A stretch of 64,000 nt of DNA from Cycas panzhihuaensis (taxonomy: Eukaryota > Plantae > Cycadophyta): NCBI GenBank assembly GCA_023213395.1, contig CM041465.1, forward strand, positions 139,197,741 through 139,261,740. Direction: 5' to 3'. Each line of letters opens with the position of its first letter. Position 1 is the first letter of the stretch. The notes beneath the pieces were generated by a model. The model did not search any database. It saw nothing but the letters and a program-made list of their open reading frames with translations, and was not told the origin of the DNA. A program made the position numbers and the translations under genes. Positions 38,637 to 52,322 of the stretch are shown here, piece by piece.

Positions 38637-39710
38637 ATGGAACAATTTCCTATATTTAATGGAAATTTTTTTTCACTATGGTATAGAACTATGCAAGATT
38701 ATTTTATTGCACATGACCTTCTGAAGTATTTGTAACATGAATGTAATCTAAGTATTAAAGAAAATTTTAGAAAGGACAATGAAGCATTAAGTTTATTATT
38801 TTGCATTATGAATGACGATGTTTTTTCAAAGGTTTTTGAATTAACTGCTTCTAAATCAGTTTGGAATGTATTGATTTCCACTTGTGGGGGAAATACCCTC
38901 TATGTATTTGATGATATTTTTGATAAGCATGTGAGATATGCGACAAAATAGGTGAATCATAATGACAACACCCATGAAGATTCAGATCAAATACATGACC
39001 AACTTGCTACACAAGTACCTGATCCTCTATTTGAAGGGGAGAATGAATCTTATGATATGATGGAGAATGAATCTTATGATATGACAGAAAAGAGACCTAA
39101 TGATATGACAGTCAAAGTTAAAATTCCAGAAGTTAAAGTCAAAGTTGTAGCTATACATACCTGCTTGAATCAAGCTTTATTTATACCAGATTTTTTGCAC
39201 TTTACTTATAGAGTTTTTGTACCACTTCATGGTACAAGGATACATGTTGCTGTAAGGATGAGAAGAGTTGATAAAGATTAAGATCAGAATTTTAAAGTTT
39301 TTTTCAAATACAAGTTCCATAGGTTCAAGGAGAAGATGCAAGTGTTCATGATAACCATTAAGGGGGAGAATGTTGGAGTTAATCGTCATCACTCCACTCC
39401 CACCTTCTAACTAGGATTATACACCTCATCAACCTCAATTTAAACATGTAGGTGCTCAACATGTGTAGGTAAGTTAAGGTAAGTTTAATGTTGATTTAAG
39501 TGAATTTGAGTTAGTTTCATTTGAGTTATATTAGCATTATTTTATTGTTAATTTAAATTTCAGGAGTTGAGGAGTTTCCCTCCTCCCTCAAATTATAAAT
39601 ATTGAGGGGTGTGCAACCCTAGTGTCTTTAGACACCGCCCTTATTGGGAAATTTGTAATGCTCACTTCTCACAATATGGCTTGAATATAATGCTTTCATG
39701 GTTTATGCAA
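38637..39710 (+). mobile_element. Gag-only Copia derivative: gag N-terminal remnant, PPT and 3' LTR
   Basis: MEQFPIFNG..F..W...M..Y..AHDL, KENFRKDNEALSLLF...DDVF.KV..LTASKSVWNVL. PPT TTAAGGGGGAGAA then TGTTGG at 39371. The LTR resembles the reverse complement of the 41691/45634 LTRs. 5' LTR not found. Confidence 0.7.
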
Positions 39711-41690
39711 CATTACAACATTGATGTATTGAAGATTTATGATTTGTATTGATGTGTTAAAGATTATTATATGTTCTGTCATGTTCTCCTTGAATACTTT
39801 TTCCTTCACAATTGAGCAATTCTTTCCACCATTTGGGCACTCATTTTCTATTGTTCATCATCATTTTACTTCCTGTATGTCTTTTATACCTCGGTAAATC
39901 TATCTGGAGCCCTCTATGATGATTTTGCAACCTATTTGGTGGTTTGTTTAGCTTTTAGTAATATTTTTTATCCCCTGCATCTCCATTTTGGCATACATCC
40001 TTCTATGATTGCATAACCTCCTCTACTTAGTTTTTCAACTAATTATAAGTTTTGTTAGGTTGTCTATTTTCTTTTGTGATGGAAAACTTTATCTAAAGTG
40101 ATTTTATGCCCATTTAATAGAGTTTTAGCTCACGGTATTCATCGCATATCATGTGGGTTCATACACAGGTTGTATGGTCATTTATCATCAAAAAATTTAA
40201 TTTTTTATAAAGTTTTTAAACTTTATAATATGAATTTAAGATTATTCTTTAGAATATTCATATTTTAATAATATTTTAACCCTCTATAAAGTTTATAAAA
40301 TAAACTTTTTAATAGTTTCATTACTTATCATTTGATTACTCTTCATTAGAGGTTCTTCTCAATGATGAGTCACCTTAGTGAAAGATGTCTAGCCTTTAAT
40401 AGAGATTAGTTATTTTAATATATTTATTTATTACCCATTAACACTTTATTTAGTGTTCAACATAGGTTTATTTTGGTGTCCTTTATTCATAAGAGGTTAA
40501 TATCATTGCTCGTTGTCTATATGTAGGTGCATTCACTCTATGAGGTCTCTTTGCATGTGTTTTTTTTTAAGCCAGCATGTCATTGACCAAGCAAAAGGTA
40601 TCTCTCTCTCTATTTATATGTCATTAATCTAGCCTACATATCTCTATTTAAGCCTTACATGTTTCTATTTTATCCCTACATATTATAGTTTATAAACAAA
40701 GCACAATCTACTAAACAAACTATGTAAATTTTTTAGCTAAAAAAACACTTAATATATCCTATATGTTATCAATTGACGAATGTATGTAAGATAATAAAAA
40801 AATCACTTCATATAATAAACATTGCAGAGTTTAGTGTCAAATAAAAAACTTGTAATATATTATATTTAGAGGTATGAGTAAGTATCTCCAATTTGTTATT
40901 AATTATACCATTAAAATTTTGTCAAACAAATTTCTACAACTTGCTAATGGTTACTTCCCCTTGAATAAAATTACTAGTTATGTCTACCTAATAGTACTCA
41001 CATGACTATGTTTGAAAACAAAAATTATAGGGGAGAGATTCTGTACGAATACTTACAACTTGCATCATCAAGCATCCTATAAAACCTACTAAAAATTTGA
41101 ATTATTCAACTTCCTTGAACAATAATACATCATGTTATAAAACAAAGATTTAACTTTGACTTTGTGTAAGCTATTAAAAATTAATTTTAATAGGAACAAA
41201 AATCTAACTTTATAAAATTAACTACTAACTTAATATAAAAATTATGTTCATATTAAATATAAAATCTCAAATTAAAGTTATCTCTCATTAATTTCAATAA
41301 TGCATTATATATGCATAAATAAAAATTCTAGAAAGAATCTAATTCCTAACTGAATGGCACATGTGATGTAAGAGTTGCAACCTCTAATGATTCATCACTC
41401 ACATAGCAATTAAATAATCCTAGAGACTATTATATTATAAAACTTTAAGGAGAGGCTCATAAACTAAGTTATGATCCATAACTAAATATTAATATCAATA
41501 GATTTGATCTACTAAAAGGCACTATAAGAGATCCATAAAGAGAAGTTAGCAAACTATCAATTGGGTGGAAACTTGATCCTAAGAAATGGGAATATTATAA
41601 TACCGATTGCATTGGTAATAAAAAGTAAGATCAACAACAAAGCTCATTCCTTCCTAATAGCTAGATACATAAGAATTGACAAGATATACT

Positions 41691-44600
41691 TGTTAGAGTA
41701 TGGAGAATAGAGTGGAGAAGGTGAACATACAAATCAAAGTAACATTCAAGCCATGTTGATAGTACACATTATAAATGTCATTGTATTAATCCATCTTTGA
41801 AGAGAGTACATACAGATTCCTTTGATGAAGGTGGTGTTGAAGAACACCAATGTTTGGAAGCCTATAAAATATATACTTATGAGGGAGGAGGGAATCTTCT
41901 TCAACCTCAAAATTTAAAATAATATAAAGTAATGACTTAACATTCAAATAATAATAATACATAATAAAATAGTCTCACCTTAACTTACCATAAGGATGTA
42001 TGCACTCACATATACTTAAGATGGGAGTTAAGTGAGGGACATTAATCCCAACATTCTCCTCTTTAATGTTTATCACTTCTTCTTTAGTTTCTCTTTGAAT
42101 TTATGGTACAAGTGCTTTAGGTATACTTTGACAAGGTGATTGTACTAATGTCTTTTAGCTTCATCATCTTTGATGTGGTATACAGCTTGTAACATTATCC
42201 TTTTCATATGGTCTTCAAGAAAACATGATTCAAGTATAGATATGACTTGTTTCAAATGAATAGAATTATCTTCAACTTTAACTTTGTCCTTTTGAGAAGA
42301 GTTGATTAGGTCAAATGTGCATGTAGTCTCAAATATAGAAATATGATCATTAGTCTCAGTGGAATCTTCAACATTATATGTAATATTAGACTTTTCATCA
42401 ACAAACACCAACTCTATCATTTATCTCATAGAAAACACACTGTTAATATAGGCAAATTTGTTTCAATCTAAAATTTTCCCCTCATAAAGTGAGTCTAAGG
42501 TATACCAAACTGATTTTGATGTGGTTAAATCACCAACACTAGTAAATACATCATCATTTCATGTAGAAAAGATTAGAGCTAAGGCTTCATTATCATTTTT
42601 CAAGTTTTCTCTAAAACTAGGTTCATTCTCAAGATAACCATCACTTGCGTAATGCCATAAATTATTTGTAATGAGATGGGTTTTTAAAATATATTTCCAA
42701 ATGTGAAAGTTAGTCTCTTCAAATATGGGAAACCTTAAGTTATCTTCATTTATTATCATTGTAATCAATAAATCATAACCTCTAATGAGAAATCATTCTT
42801 GAAATAAGAAATAAAAAAGAGGTATATCTCCTTAATTAATAAGGCAAATAAATAATAAATAATTCTTTTAAATTAGATTCAATGAATGCTATTTACAAAG
42901 TAATTTTCATAAGACTTTAAAATAAGCTAATGTGCCTTCAAATAACCAAATGCAACTTTGAAATACTTGTAAAAAATGAGAAAAATTATTCCTTTAATTT
43001 CAAAATCTTATTAAGAGTAAATAACCATCAAATGAGCTTTTCAAATCAAAGACAACATGCAAATAGTCATGTATGTGTGCTCCTTGAAAAATAATATAAA
43101 CAACCTTTGTTGAAATAAAACTAAATGCACCTTTACTATAAGATTTAAATGAATCAATAAGGCACTAAAATTAAAAGCCAAAAGCATGAAGCTTTCAATA
43201 TTTAAATACAAAATACTAGACTTTGAAATAATGATCAATGTTTAACTTATAGTCTCTTCAAGTAATAACAAATATATGAGGCTTTAAAGAGATGAACTAT
43301 GAAGTATAAATTTAAATATAATGAAATGCTTAACATGAGATGAACCTCAAAAGCATATAGGAGTTATAAATGGCTTATGACAATGCACTAAAATACACTT
43401 ATTAATCTTCAAAAATATAGTGGCTTTAAGGAAAATAAAAATGCTTCTTTAATTGGTAAACCAACAGCCTTAAGATATATGGAATTTCTAGCAAATTTTC
43501 TTGAAACAATGTAGATGAAATAAAGAGATGATGTTTTATAAATTCATATGCAAATTAGGTGTAATCTTGAAGTTTTAAAGGTTATCAAAGGCCTTAAATA
43601 GCCAAAAGTATTTAAAGAAATCCTTTTAAATTCAAATGTAAATGTTAAAGAAAGAGAATAGTAATTATAAGGAGCACCAATTTGTCATTTTGATTCAATA
43701 GGGCTCCTAATCTTTAATAAACCAGAATTGATACTAAAGAGATAAAAAATAACTTATAAGCTTATAAAACCAAGCAAATATTATCAATAATCAATTAGTA
43801 TATAGATAATAATTAAATATATTCAATTAGAATGAGAAATTTGGCTCAAAATATCAAAGAATATGTCTAATTAAGACTAAAATAGAAGCTCAACTTCAAT
43901 GCCTTCAAATACCTATAAAACAACATTAGAATGCAAAGAAACCTATTGTGATGCATAAAACACTGAAAATTCTTTCCAACAGTTTTGATAGTTCAAAAAA
44001 TGGAGTTAAAGAACTCAAGTTATTAGAGAAATTATATAGGGACCTCTTTATAGCTAATGAATTAAGAGGTACAAAATATGGTCAACTTTGACTGGTGTCA
44101 AACTCTTTGAAATTCTTCTCAAATTAGATAAAAAATGGCTCTAGGTTGTAGAGCTCTAAGTCAAAAATCCAACAAATCAAGTGGTTTAGGAGTCTAACCT
44201 CCCAATGCAAAGATATTGTGTAAAATATGAATAGTACCCCTTAGGTCAAAAAATAAAAAATGAGGTTGGATTTTAGCCCCTTAGCTAATAAACCCTTTGG
44301 TTATGTAGAGGCCCATAGAATCGACTACTGGAGGCCCAAGGGGGCTCAAAATTCTAAATTATATAAAATATAGAAAATGATTTTTGAAAAAATAAAAAAT
44401 ATACAAAGCAACTTATATTTTTTTTAGTTCCACTCCTTAAGGGTAAAAAGCACAATCATATGAGGTTGAATATGACTAGAGACTAAAATCTAAAGGAGGG
44501 TTAGAGCAAAGGCATACATCTTGATTTGAAACCAAAATTAAATCTAATTAAATTTTTAATAAACCTTGAAAAAAATAAAGTATTTTTAATGAATATGCTC

Positions 44601-45996
44601 GAATGATAATGGGCAAAGAATACATCAAGAAATCACCAGAAAAATGCATGAGATCTCTTTGATTTTCGATCATTGAAATATATCCACAAATCCACGGTGG
44701 GGGAGGGGGGGTAGAGATCTAACTTCAAAAAAGGATGTATTTTTTCTTTAATGAATAAAAAAGGATAAAAAAATATAAATAGTGGTGGTGATCTATGCTT
44801 ATTGTAGCCTATGCTTATGCTTGCTTAGGGAATGAGGATGCCATGCTTATGGATGAGCTCTACAAAGCCATCAAGAATAAGGATAAAGACTGCGTAAGGG
44901 TCAGGATGACAATAGGTGAGAGAGACTAGATAAAGGGAGAGAAACAAATATGTAGGGCATCACACAGAGGATGTAGCCTTAACAAAGAGTCACACAGATA
45001 TGTGAGGGCTAAAGATAAGATATAGGATCCATAAGAGGCCATAGAGGGGCCAAAGAAGATTCCATAAGGGACGCAGGGTCCATGGAATGCCATGCAGGGG
45101 TGTAGGAGGTTGCACAGTCACACATGGAGGATGAAGCATTATGGAAGGATATGCGAGGGTGGTACAATCATATGAGGAGAATGTTGGTCCACTGGAGGCT
45201 ACATAGAGGCCTTACGGAGAATCAAATAACTAGTGAAGAGTAAGCAAGCTATAGAAAGAGTTAAAATATAGGAGCACATAGGCTACGCAAACACTATACA
45301 CATAGTTATATTATGTAAAATAAAACTATATCAAAAGTATAATGTTTTAATATAAAATTTAATTAGCTAAATGAAATATCAATGCTCAAATGAACCTAGT
45401 AAGAACTCTGATACCATATTACCAAGATCAATATGCTCATGTAGCCAAGATCTAACCCTGAATACAGTCTAAAATCCAAAAATGCAAATGTAACCAAGAT
45501 CTATTGCTTTGATGCTAAGTAATAAAGCCAAATGTAATCAAGGTCTTGATGCTCTTTCATAAATGTTGCCAAGATCAACACAAAGGTTGCCAAGATAATG
45601 TTAGAGGCCCAAGAACAATATGCTCTAATACCATGTTACAGTATGGAGAACAAAGCAGAGTAGGTGAATATACAAATCAAAGTAACATTCAAGTCATATT
45701 AATAGTATACATTGTAAACATTATTGTATTACGCCATCTTTGAAGATAGTACATACAAATTCCTTTAATAAAGGTGGTATTGAAGAATACCAAGGTTTTG
45801 GAGTCCATAAAATATATACTTAGGAGGAAGGAGGGAATCCTCCTCAACCTCTAAATTTAAAATAATATAAAGTAATGACTTAACGTTAAAATAATAACAA
45901 TGCATAATAAAATAATCTCACCTTAATTTACCATGAGGGTATATGCACTCATATGTTCTTAAGGTGGGAGTTAAGTAAGGGACATTAACCCCAATA
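41691..45996 (-). mobile_element. Complete 4.3-kb non-autonomous (gag-only) Copia-derived element
   Basis: LTRs 41691..42053 and 45634..45996; 5-bp TSD ATACT on both sides. PBS TGGTATTAGAGC (45633..45622); PPT TTAAAGAGGAGAA. The only coding remnant is a gag N-terminus (42145..42768, FPIFEETNFHIWK...NNLW). Confidence 0.9.
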
Positions 45997-46822
45997 ATAC
46001 TACCAAATTTAAAATATTTCTTTTTGGAAAAGAATGAAAGAAGACATCCATAAGTTCATCTTATAATATGGCATCTATCAAAGAAATAGAAGTGAAAATG
46101 TAAAGAATCCTTGATTACTCTGACCATTATATGTATCATAATAGAAATGGGAAGAGATCTTAATGTACTTCATAATAGGGCTATCCAAATCAGAAGGCAA
46201 GGGTATAATATTCATCATTATCAATTGCCTCACTAAATATGCCTATTTTTTAGGACTCTAAGTGATAGCAAAGGCAAGTCATGTTGTCAAACTCTTTATC
46301 AAAGATATTTATCATTTCTATGAATTTCTAAAGGTCATAGTCAATGACTGTGATGAAAAATTCATAAGTAATTTTTTGCAGTAGATATTCAAGATAGTAA
46401 ACATAAAATTATCTATGAGTACAACTTACCACCCCCAATAAGATAATTAAACAAAAGCAGTAAATAAATCTTTGGAAGGATATTTATGAAATTTCACATC
46501 AAACAAATAATAACAATGGTATAAGTGGCTTCATCTAGTTGAGTGGTGGTATAACATCACATACTATACCTCTATAAAAATAACTCCATTCTAAGAATTG
46601 CATAGTTTTGAACCTCCATCTCCCGTTACATGGGCAAAGACTATGCAGGTCCAATATATTCATGAACAACAAGAATAAATGCAAAAAATATTACAAATAC
46701 TACAAGATAATCTAAATATGGCTAAGATTTAAATGAAATAATAAGAAGATCTATACAGAATAGAGAGGTCTTTTGCAATAGGAGATTAGGTCTTCTTAAG
46801 ACTCCAACCTTATAAACAAGCA

Positions 46823-49800
46823 TGTTGTACTTCTTATAACTTGATTAGTAACCATAGTAGTTAGCTATAAATTAAGCTTAATAACTAGTTTAGCATTTGA
46901 ATATTTAGCAAGAGATGCCAAAAGGCACTTAGCATGAGATATAAAAAGGTGCAAACTCATTTAAATAGTTGCATACCACTTGTATAAATTTCTCCCATTC
47001 TTATAATTCATCATTATATGTTTTTGAATTCAATTAAATCTTCTCATTGAGAGATTTTATTAGTGACTACTTTGTACACTAAATACCTTCTTCATTATGT
47101 CTATGTTAGATAAAACTTGAAACTATATGTAAATATAGTAATAGGCACTCGACCTACTACAAGTTGTATTAGATTGGGACCTAAGATCTTGCTTTGTTAT
47201 AGGCTTAAAGAAACACACTCTTCTTCTAAATAATAAGATACTTGTAACATTATTATTTTCCTACATAGTGGTTCTATATATTTTTATGCCATGCTTTATA
47301 TTTTTTGCCCTCCCCTCCATAGTATCGTATAGGTTATTATCTCCATTCGTCATCACTACTGATAGCATCCTCCATATCCTCATCGTCACTCTTCCATTCC
47401 TTTTATATACCTTCCAACAATCCTTTCTTGTGGCTCATCTTGGTTGTAGTCCATCTTCATTAAATTACTGTCAATCATAGTCTTATACCATCTATTATAT
47501 ATATATATATACCTACTAGCTAACAATCCTACATCCATTATTATCTCTTTTGTCTTCCTTTGATTAGATGCCTTATATACTAATCTCTAATTACATCTAG
47601 TAACCAACATATGATCTTTAGTTAATAGCTACAAATTTCTCTTATATAAGACTATAATGAACAAATACAAAATAGCCTTTAGTTTTAAAGCTTTGATTAG
47701 GATCAATTAAAGTTACCATGATTAAGCATTCAAAGTGATTATGAATGGCTAATATAGAGGACACCAATATGGATATGTTTAATCACCTTAACACCATAGA
47801 AAATTGGATAAAATAGATAAATGAGACTATTAATAAACTTATAGCTAGGAGACTGAAGCCAAGGGCAAATCACATGACTCTGAGCATAAGGCAAATAACA
47901 TTAATAGTCAATCATTAATCTAATATAAGAAATAACTTATCATTCTAAATTTTAGAATTAAAATCATAATCAACTTCAATGAATGGATAGATAAATTAAA
48001 CATTGTATTCAAAGGCCTCAATGTCATAGCCTTAAGAAAAAGGGTTTGTTTTTCCATCAACCATATGGAAGGGCACATATATATTTAGGCTAAAAAATGA
48101 TATGCCAACCAAGGATACATTCTCTAGGATGATTTTATTGATGCAATTCAAACTCACATTAAAGGTCCCAATTCCACCCCATACATGGTTCAATTATCTC
48201 AATACTTTCAATAGGATTCTTTGGTCAAGGAGTTTATAGAGTGTTTTGAGAAATTACAACCCAAGACTATTTTAATCAATGAAGAAGCTTCTCAAATTTT
48301 CCATGTAAACCTTTTGGTCTGATATTAGCACTAAAGTTAAGATGTTCTAGCCCAATCCATGGAGAAAGCTATACTCTTAAATAAATAAGATAAAATTAAA
48401 TATTAAATACAAATTTACCATTACCTACCTCCTAGGCATTGCCCCGACTTTAATAGTCACCTAGTAGCAACTACTTAACCAAGGGATAACGATAAGCGAA
48501 TATTAAATAAAAATTACAAGAAATATAGTGACAAGTGGCTTACATGACACCTTAAGGTCTACCCTAAAAGAAACTAGTTCTATGTAGTTGAAGTTGATAT
48601 GGATGAAGAAGAATTTGACATTTTGGATGAAGAAAAACCCACTAAAGTGTAGCCACAAATTGAGTGTATCTAAACACTTATTTACTTAACATTTATTTTA
48701 AAAATATAGCAATCCAATATAAATAGGTTGCAAGGATTCCTACAAAAATAAAAGGTGGTGGTTCTTATTGATCCAAATAGCACACACAACTTTATTTATA
48801 CTAAGTTAGTCATTTGCTTAGTTACCCCTATTGATAGGACCAAAATAATTCATATTGCAATACCTTATGAAAGACAAATTAATTATGATGGAGAACTTCC
48901 TAATTTAGAGCTGCAAATCAATTCCTTCTCCTTTTACACTAACTATTATGCTTTTCCCACCAGAATATTAGCTGTCATTTTAGGAGTTAAGTGGCTTCAA
49001 AAGCTAGGAACTTATGCACTGAATCATAATTTAAAATTTATTTATTTTTACTAGGAAGGGAAGCTACATCAATTTTTTAAAATCATAACACTTGATGCCA
49101 AAATCATCTTAGTAGCAAAGATGGATAAGTTACTTAATAAGGGATATATAAGATTCATTGCTCATCTCTTTTCTAATAAGTCAAGCACACTAGAAGAATT
49201 TCTTAAGTTGGAACCATGCCCTTCAAGATCTCTTACACCAACATCAATCAGCATTTTAATCCTAGCCAATTAGAGTTCTACTAGATCATGGTATAGAACA
49301 TATTATTGAAATCATGCCAGGTAAAGATCTAGTCTTTATCCACCCCTATAGATATGGCCACAAGTAGAAGACAAAGATCCAACAACTTACTAATGACCTG
49401 TTGAAACTCAGAGTCATTACTCATAATGAAAGTCCTTATGCAACTCCAGTTATCCTAAAACACCAAAAGGATGGGTCTTTTTACCTTTGTATCCAATAAT
49501 GGGTGACGTTATTAACAAATTTCATGGTGCATCATTCTTCAAAAAAATTGATCTATAATCTAAGTATTACTAGATCCCTATCAGAATAATTGGTTACACC
49601 AAGATAACCTTCAAAACACACCAAGGATTATATGAACTAAAGATTATACTCCAACATTTCAATCCATAATGCTCTAACAACAAATGCTTCAACAATATTT
49701 CAAGCCATAATGATGAACGTACTTACTTCCTTCTTGTATAAGTTCATCATGGTTTTCTTTAATAACATTTTAATTTATAGTAAATTGATAATAGTATCCA

Positions 49801-52322
49801 AATCATCTAGATAAGGCATTATGAATTCTAAGCTGGAATCATTTATTTTCCAAGAAAACCAAGTGCCATTTTGTCTAATCATCAATCAAATATTTAGGCC
49901 ACATTATTTCCATCCATGGTGTTCAAATGGACCCTAATAAATTCAAACAATTCTTGATGGGTTAATACCTAAAATGATCATAGCTCTTTGAGGGTTCTTG
50001 GGACTTACATGATTCTATAGGCATTATATCTAGCACTACTCTTCCATTGTAGTCATACTTAATGATCTTTATAAGAAAAATGTCTTTTAATGGTTAGATT
50101 TAGTAGAAAAAACCTTTACCAACTTAAAGGTTGTAATTACTTCCACCCCCATTTTAGTAATGCCCAAATTTTTTAAGCCATTTAAATTACATAGTAATAC
50201 ATCTGAAATAGGTATTGGTATCATCCTTATGTAATAAAAGAGGCCCATAGAATTTAAGAGTAGGAAACCCAACCTTCATGAATAAACCTACTTGACTTTA
50301 AATAAAGAAATATTGGCCATCCTTCATGCCTTAACTAAATGGCATCAATATCTCTTTGGAAGTAGATCCATAGTATATATAGACTGTTACAACCTTAAGT
50401 ATCTTCTTTAGTAGCCAATCTTATTTAAGTTGTAGTGAAAATGGCTCACAAAGATTCAAGATTTTGATTTTAACATTACATATAAGAAAGGTATAGATAA
50501 CATAGTGGTTGATAGCTTATCTAAGAAATATAGATCGATCAACTCCACGTTGATTATGACAGTGACCTCATAATAAAATCTAGGTTACAAGAGTGCCTCT
50601 AGGGTAAAGCACCACTAAATTAGTCACTCCAAAAAAATACATTATTATACAAATATAGGATTCACCTATCTCTAGCTTTATATTAAAAAAGACTATCCTT
50701 GAGGAGGGGCATGTCACACTATCCTCTAACCATCCTAGGTTTGACAAAACTTATGACCATATCAGAAGGTCCTTTTATTGGCTAAGGTAGAAAACTAATA
50801 TTCAACACTTCATTACCTCTTGTAACACTCATGAATGATAAAAAGTAGAAGCAATTAAGATTCTAGGTCTACTTCATCCCTTACTTATTCTGAATCATAA
50901 GTGAACTAATATCAATATGGATTTTATTATAAGTCTACCTAAATTTATAGGTAAAATTACTATTATGATTATTGTAGATCGCTTAACAAAATATACCAAC
51001 GTTATACCTCTCCATAGTATAACATATGTATTTCAAATTATTGATTTAATTATAAAGACCATTCATTGTCTTCACATGTTTCTCTAAATAATTATTAGTG
51101 ACAAGGGCCTAAAGTTCACTAGTAAATTTTGGATTGAGTTATTTCAATTAGCTAGTATAGAGTTGCAAATGAGTATTGCCTAACACCCACAAAACAAATG
51201 GAAAAACTAAGGTTATTAATAAATACCTTGAATGCTATTTACATTGCTTTGCTCAAGATAAGTAATCTCAATATATGTAGTGCTTACATCTAGTTAAGTA
51301 TTGGTATAACACGTCATACTATTCAACCATAAAGATGTCTCCCTTTTTAGCACTTTATAGCTATCGCCACTAGATATTAATTTATTTTTTCAAAAAATGA
51401 CCAAGGTACTAACTATCAAATAAATTCAATAATAAATAAATGATCTAATTTAAGATCTCAAGGATAATCTTCAATTAGCCCAGAATCATATAAAGTAGCA
51501 ACCTGATAACCACCATTATGAATGCTAATTCAATATAAGTAATTAGATATTTTCCAAATTGAAACCCTATAAATAGTCTTCACTTAAAGCCTCTAAAAAA
51601 TAAAGGCTTATCCCTTAGTTTTATGGATCATTGTAAATACTATAGTGGATTTATCCTATTGCAGATACCTTGGATATTCCTAGAGCCTAGATTCATAATG
51701 TCTTTTATATCTCTAGCCTCAAACCAAAAATTAGGTCCCAAATTATTCCTCAATCAAAATTACCTATGCTTAATAATAAAGGCCAATTTATTCTCACCCT
51801 AGAGGCAATCCTTAACACTCACACCAAATAATTACAACATCAAATAATCAAGGCATATTTTATCAAATAGTAGTCCCTTCCACCTATTGATTCCACCCAA
51901 GAATCTAATGAGATTTTGAAGAGGTTTCCTAACCTTCCTATACTTTAAGGGCAAAGCATCTCAAAGGGAAAGGTGGGGGGACTTATTACACTTCTCACAA
52001 CTTAGTTAATAACCATAGTAGTTAGCCATTAATTAAGCTCAATAGCTAGTCTATAATTTAAATATTTTCTAGGAGATATTAAAAGGTACTTGGTGGGAGA
52101 TATAAAAAGGTAGAAACTCATTTGAATAATTGCATACCACTTGTATGAATTTCCCCCATTCTTGTAATTGATCATTATATATTTTTGAATTTAATTGAAT
52201 CTTCTCATTAAGAGATTTTATCAGTGATTATGCTACATATGAAATACCTTTTTCATTATGTTTATGTTGGATAGTACTTAAATTTGTATGTAAAGATAAT
52301 AGTAGATGCTTATTTTATTACA
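46823..52322 (+). mobile_element. Full-length decayed chromovirus-type Ty3/gypsy
   Basis: LTRs 46823..47161 and 51984..52322; PPT AAGGGAAAGGTGGGGGG. Protease VLIDPNSTHNFI (48755); RT, RNase H and integrase remnants at 49300..51720; chromodomain-like PEAIL...YFIK at ~51800. Dense C>T/G>A decay. TSD not clean. Confidence 0.88.
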
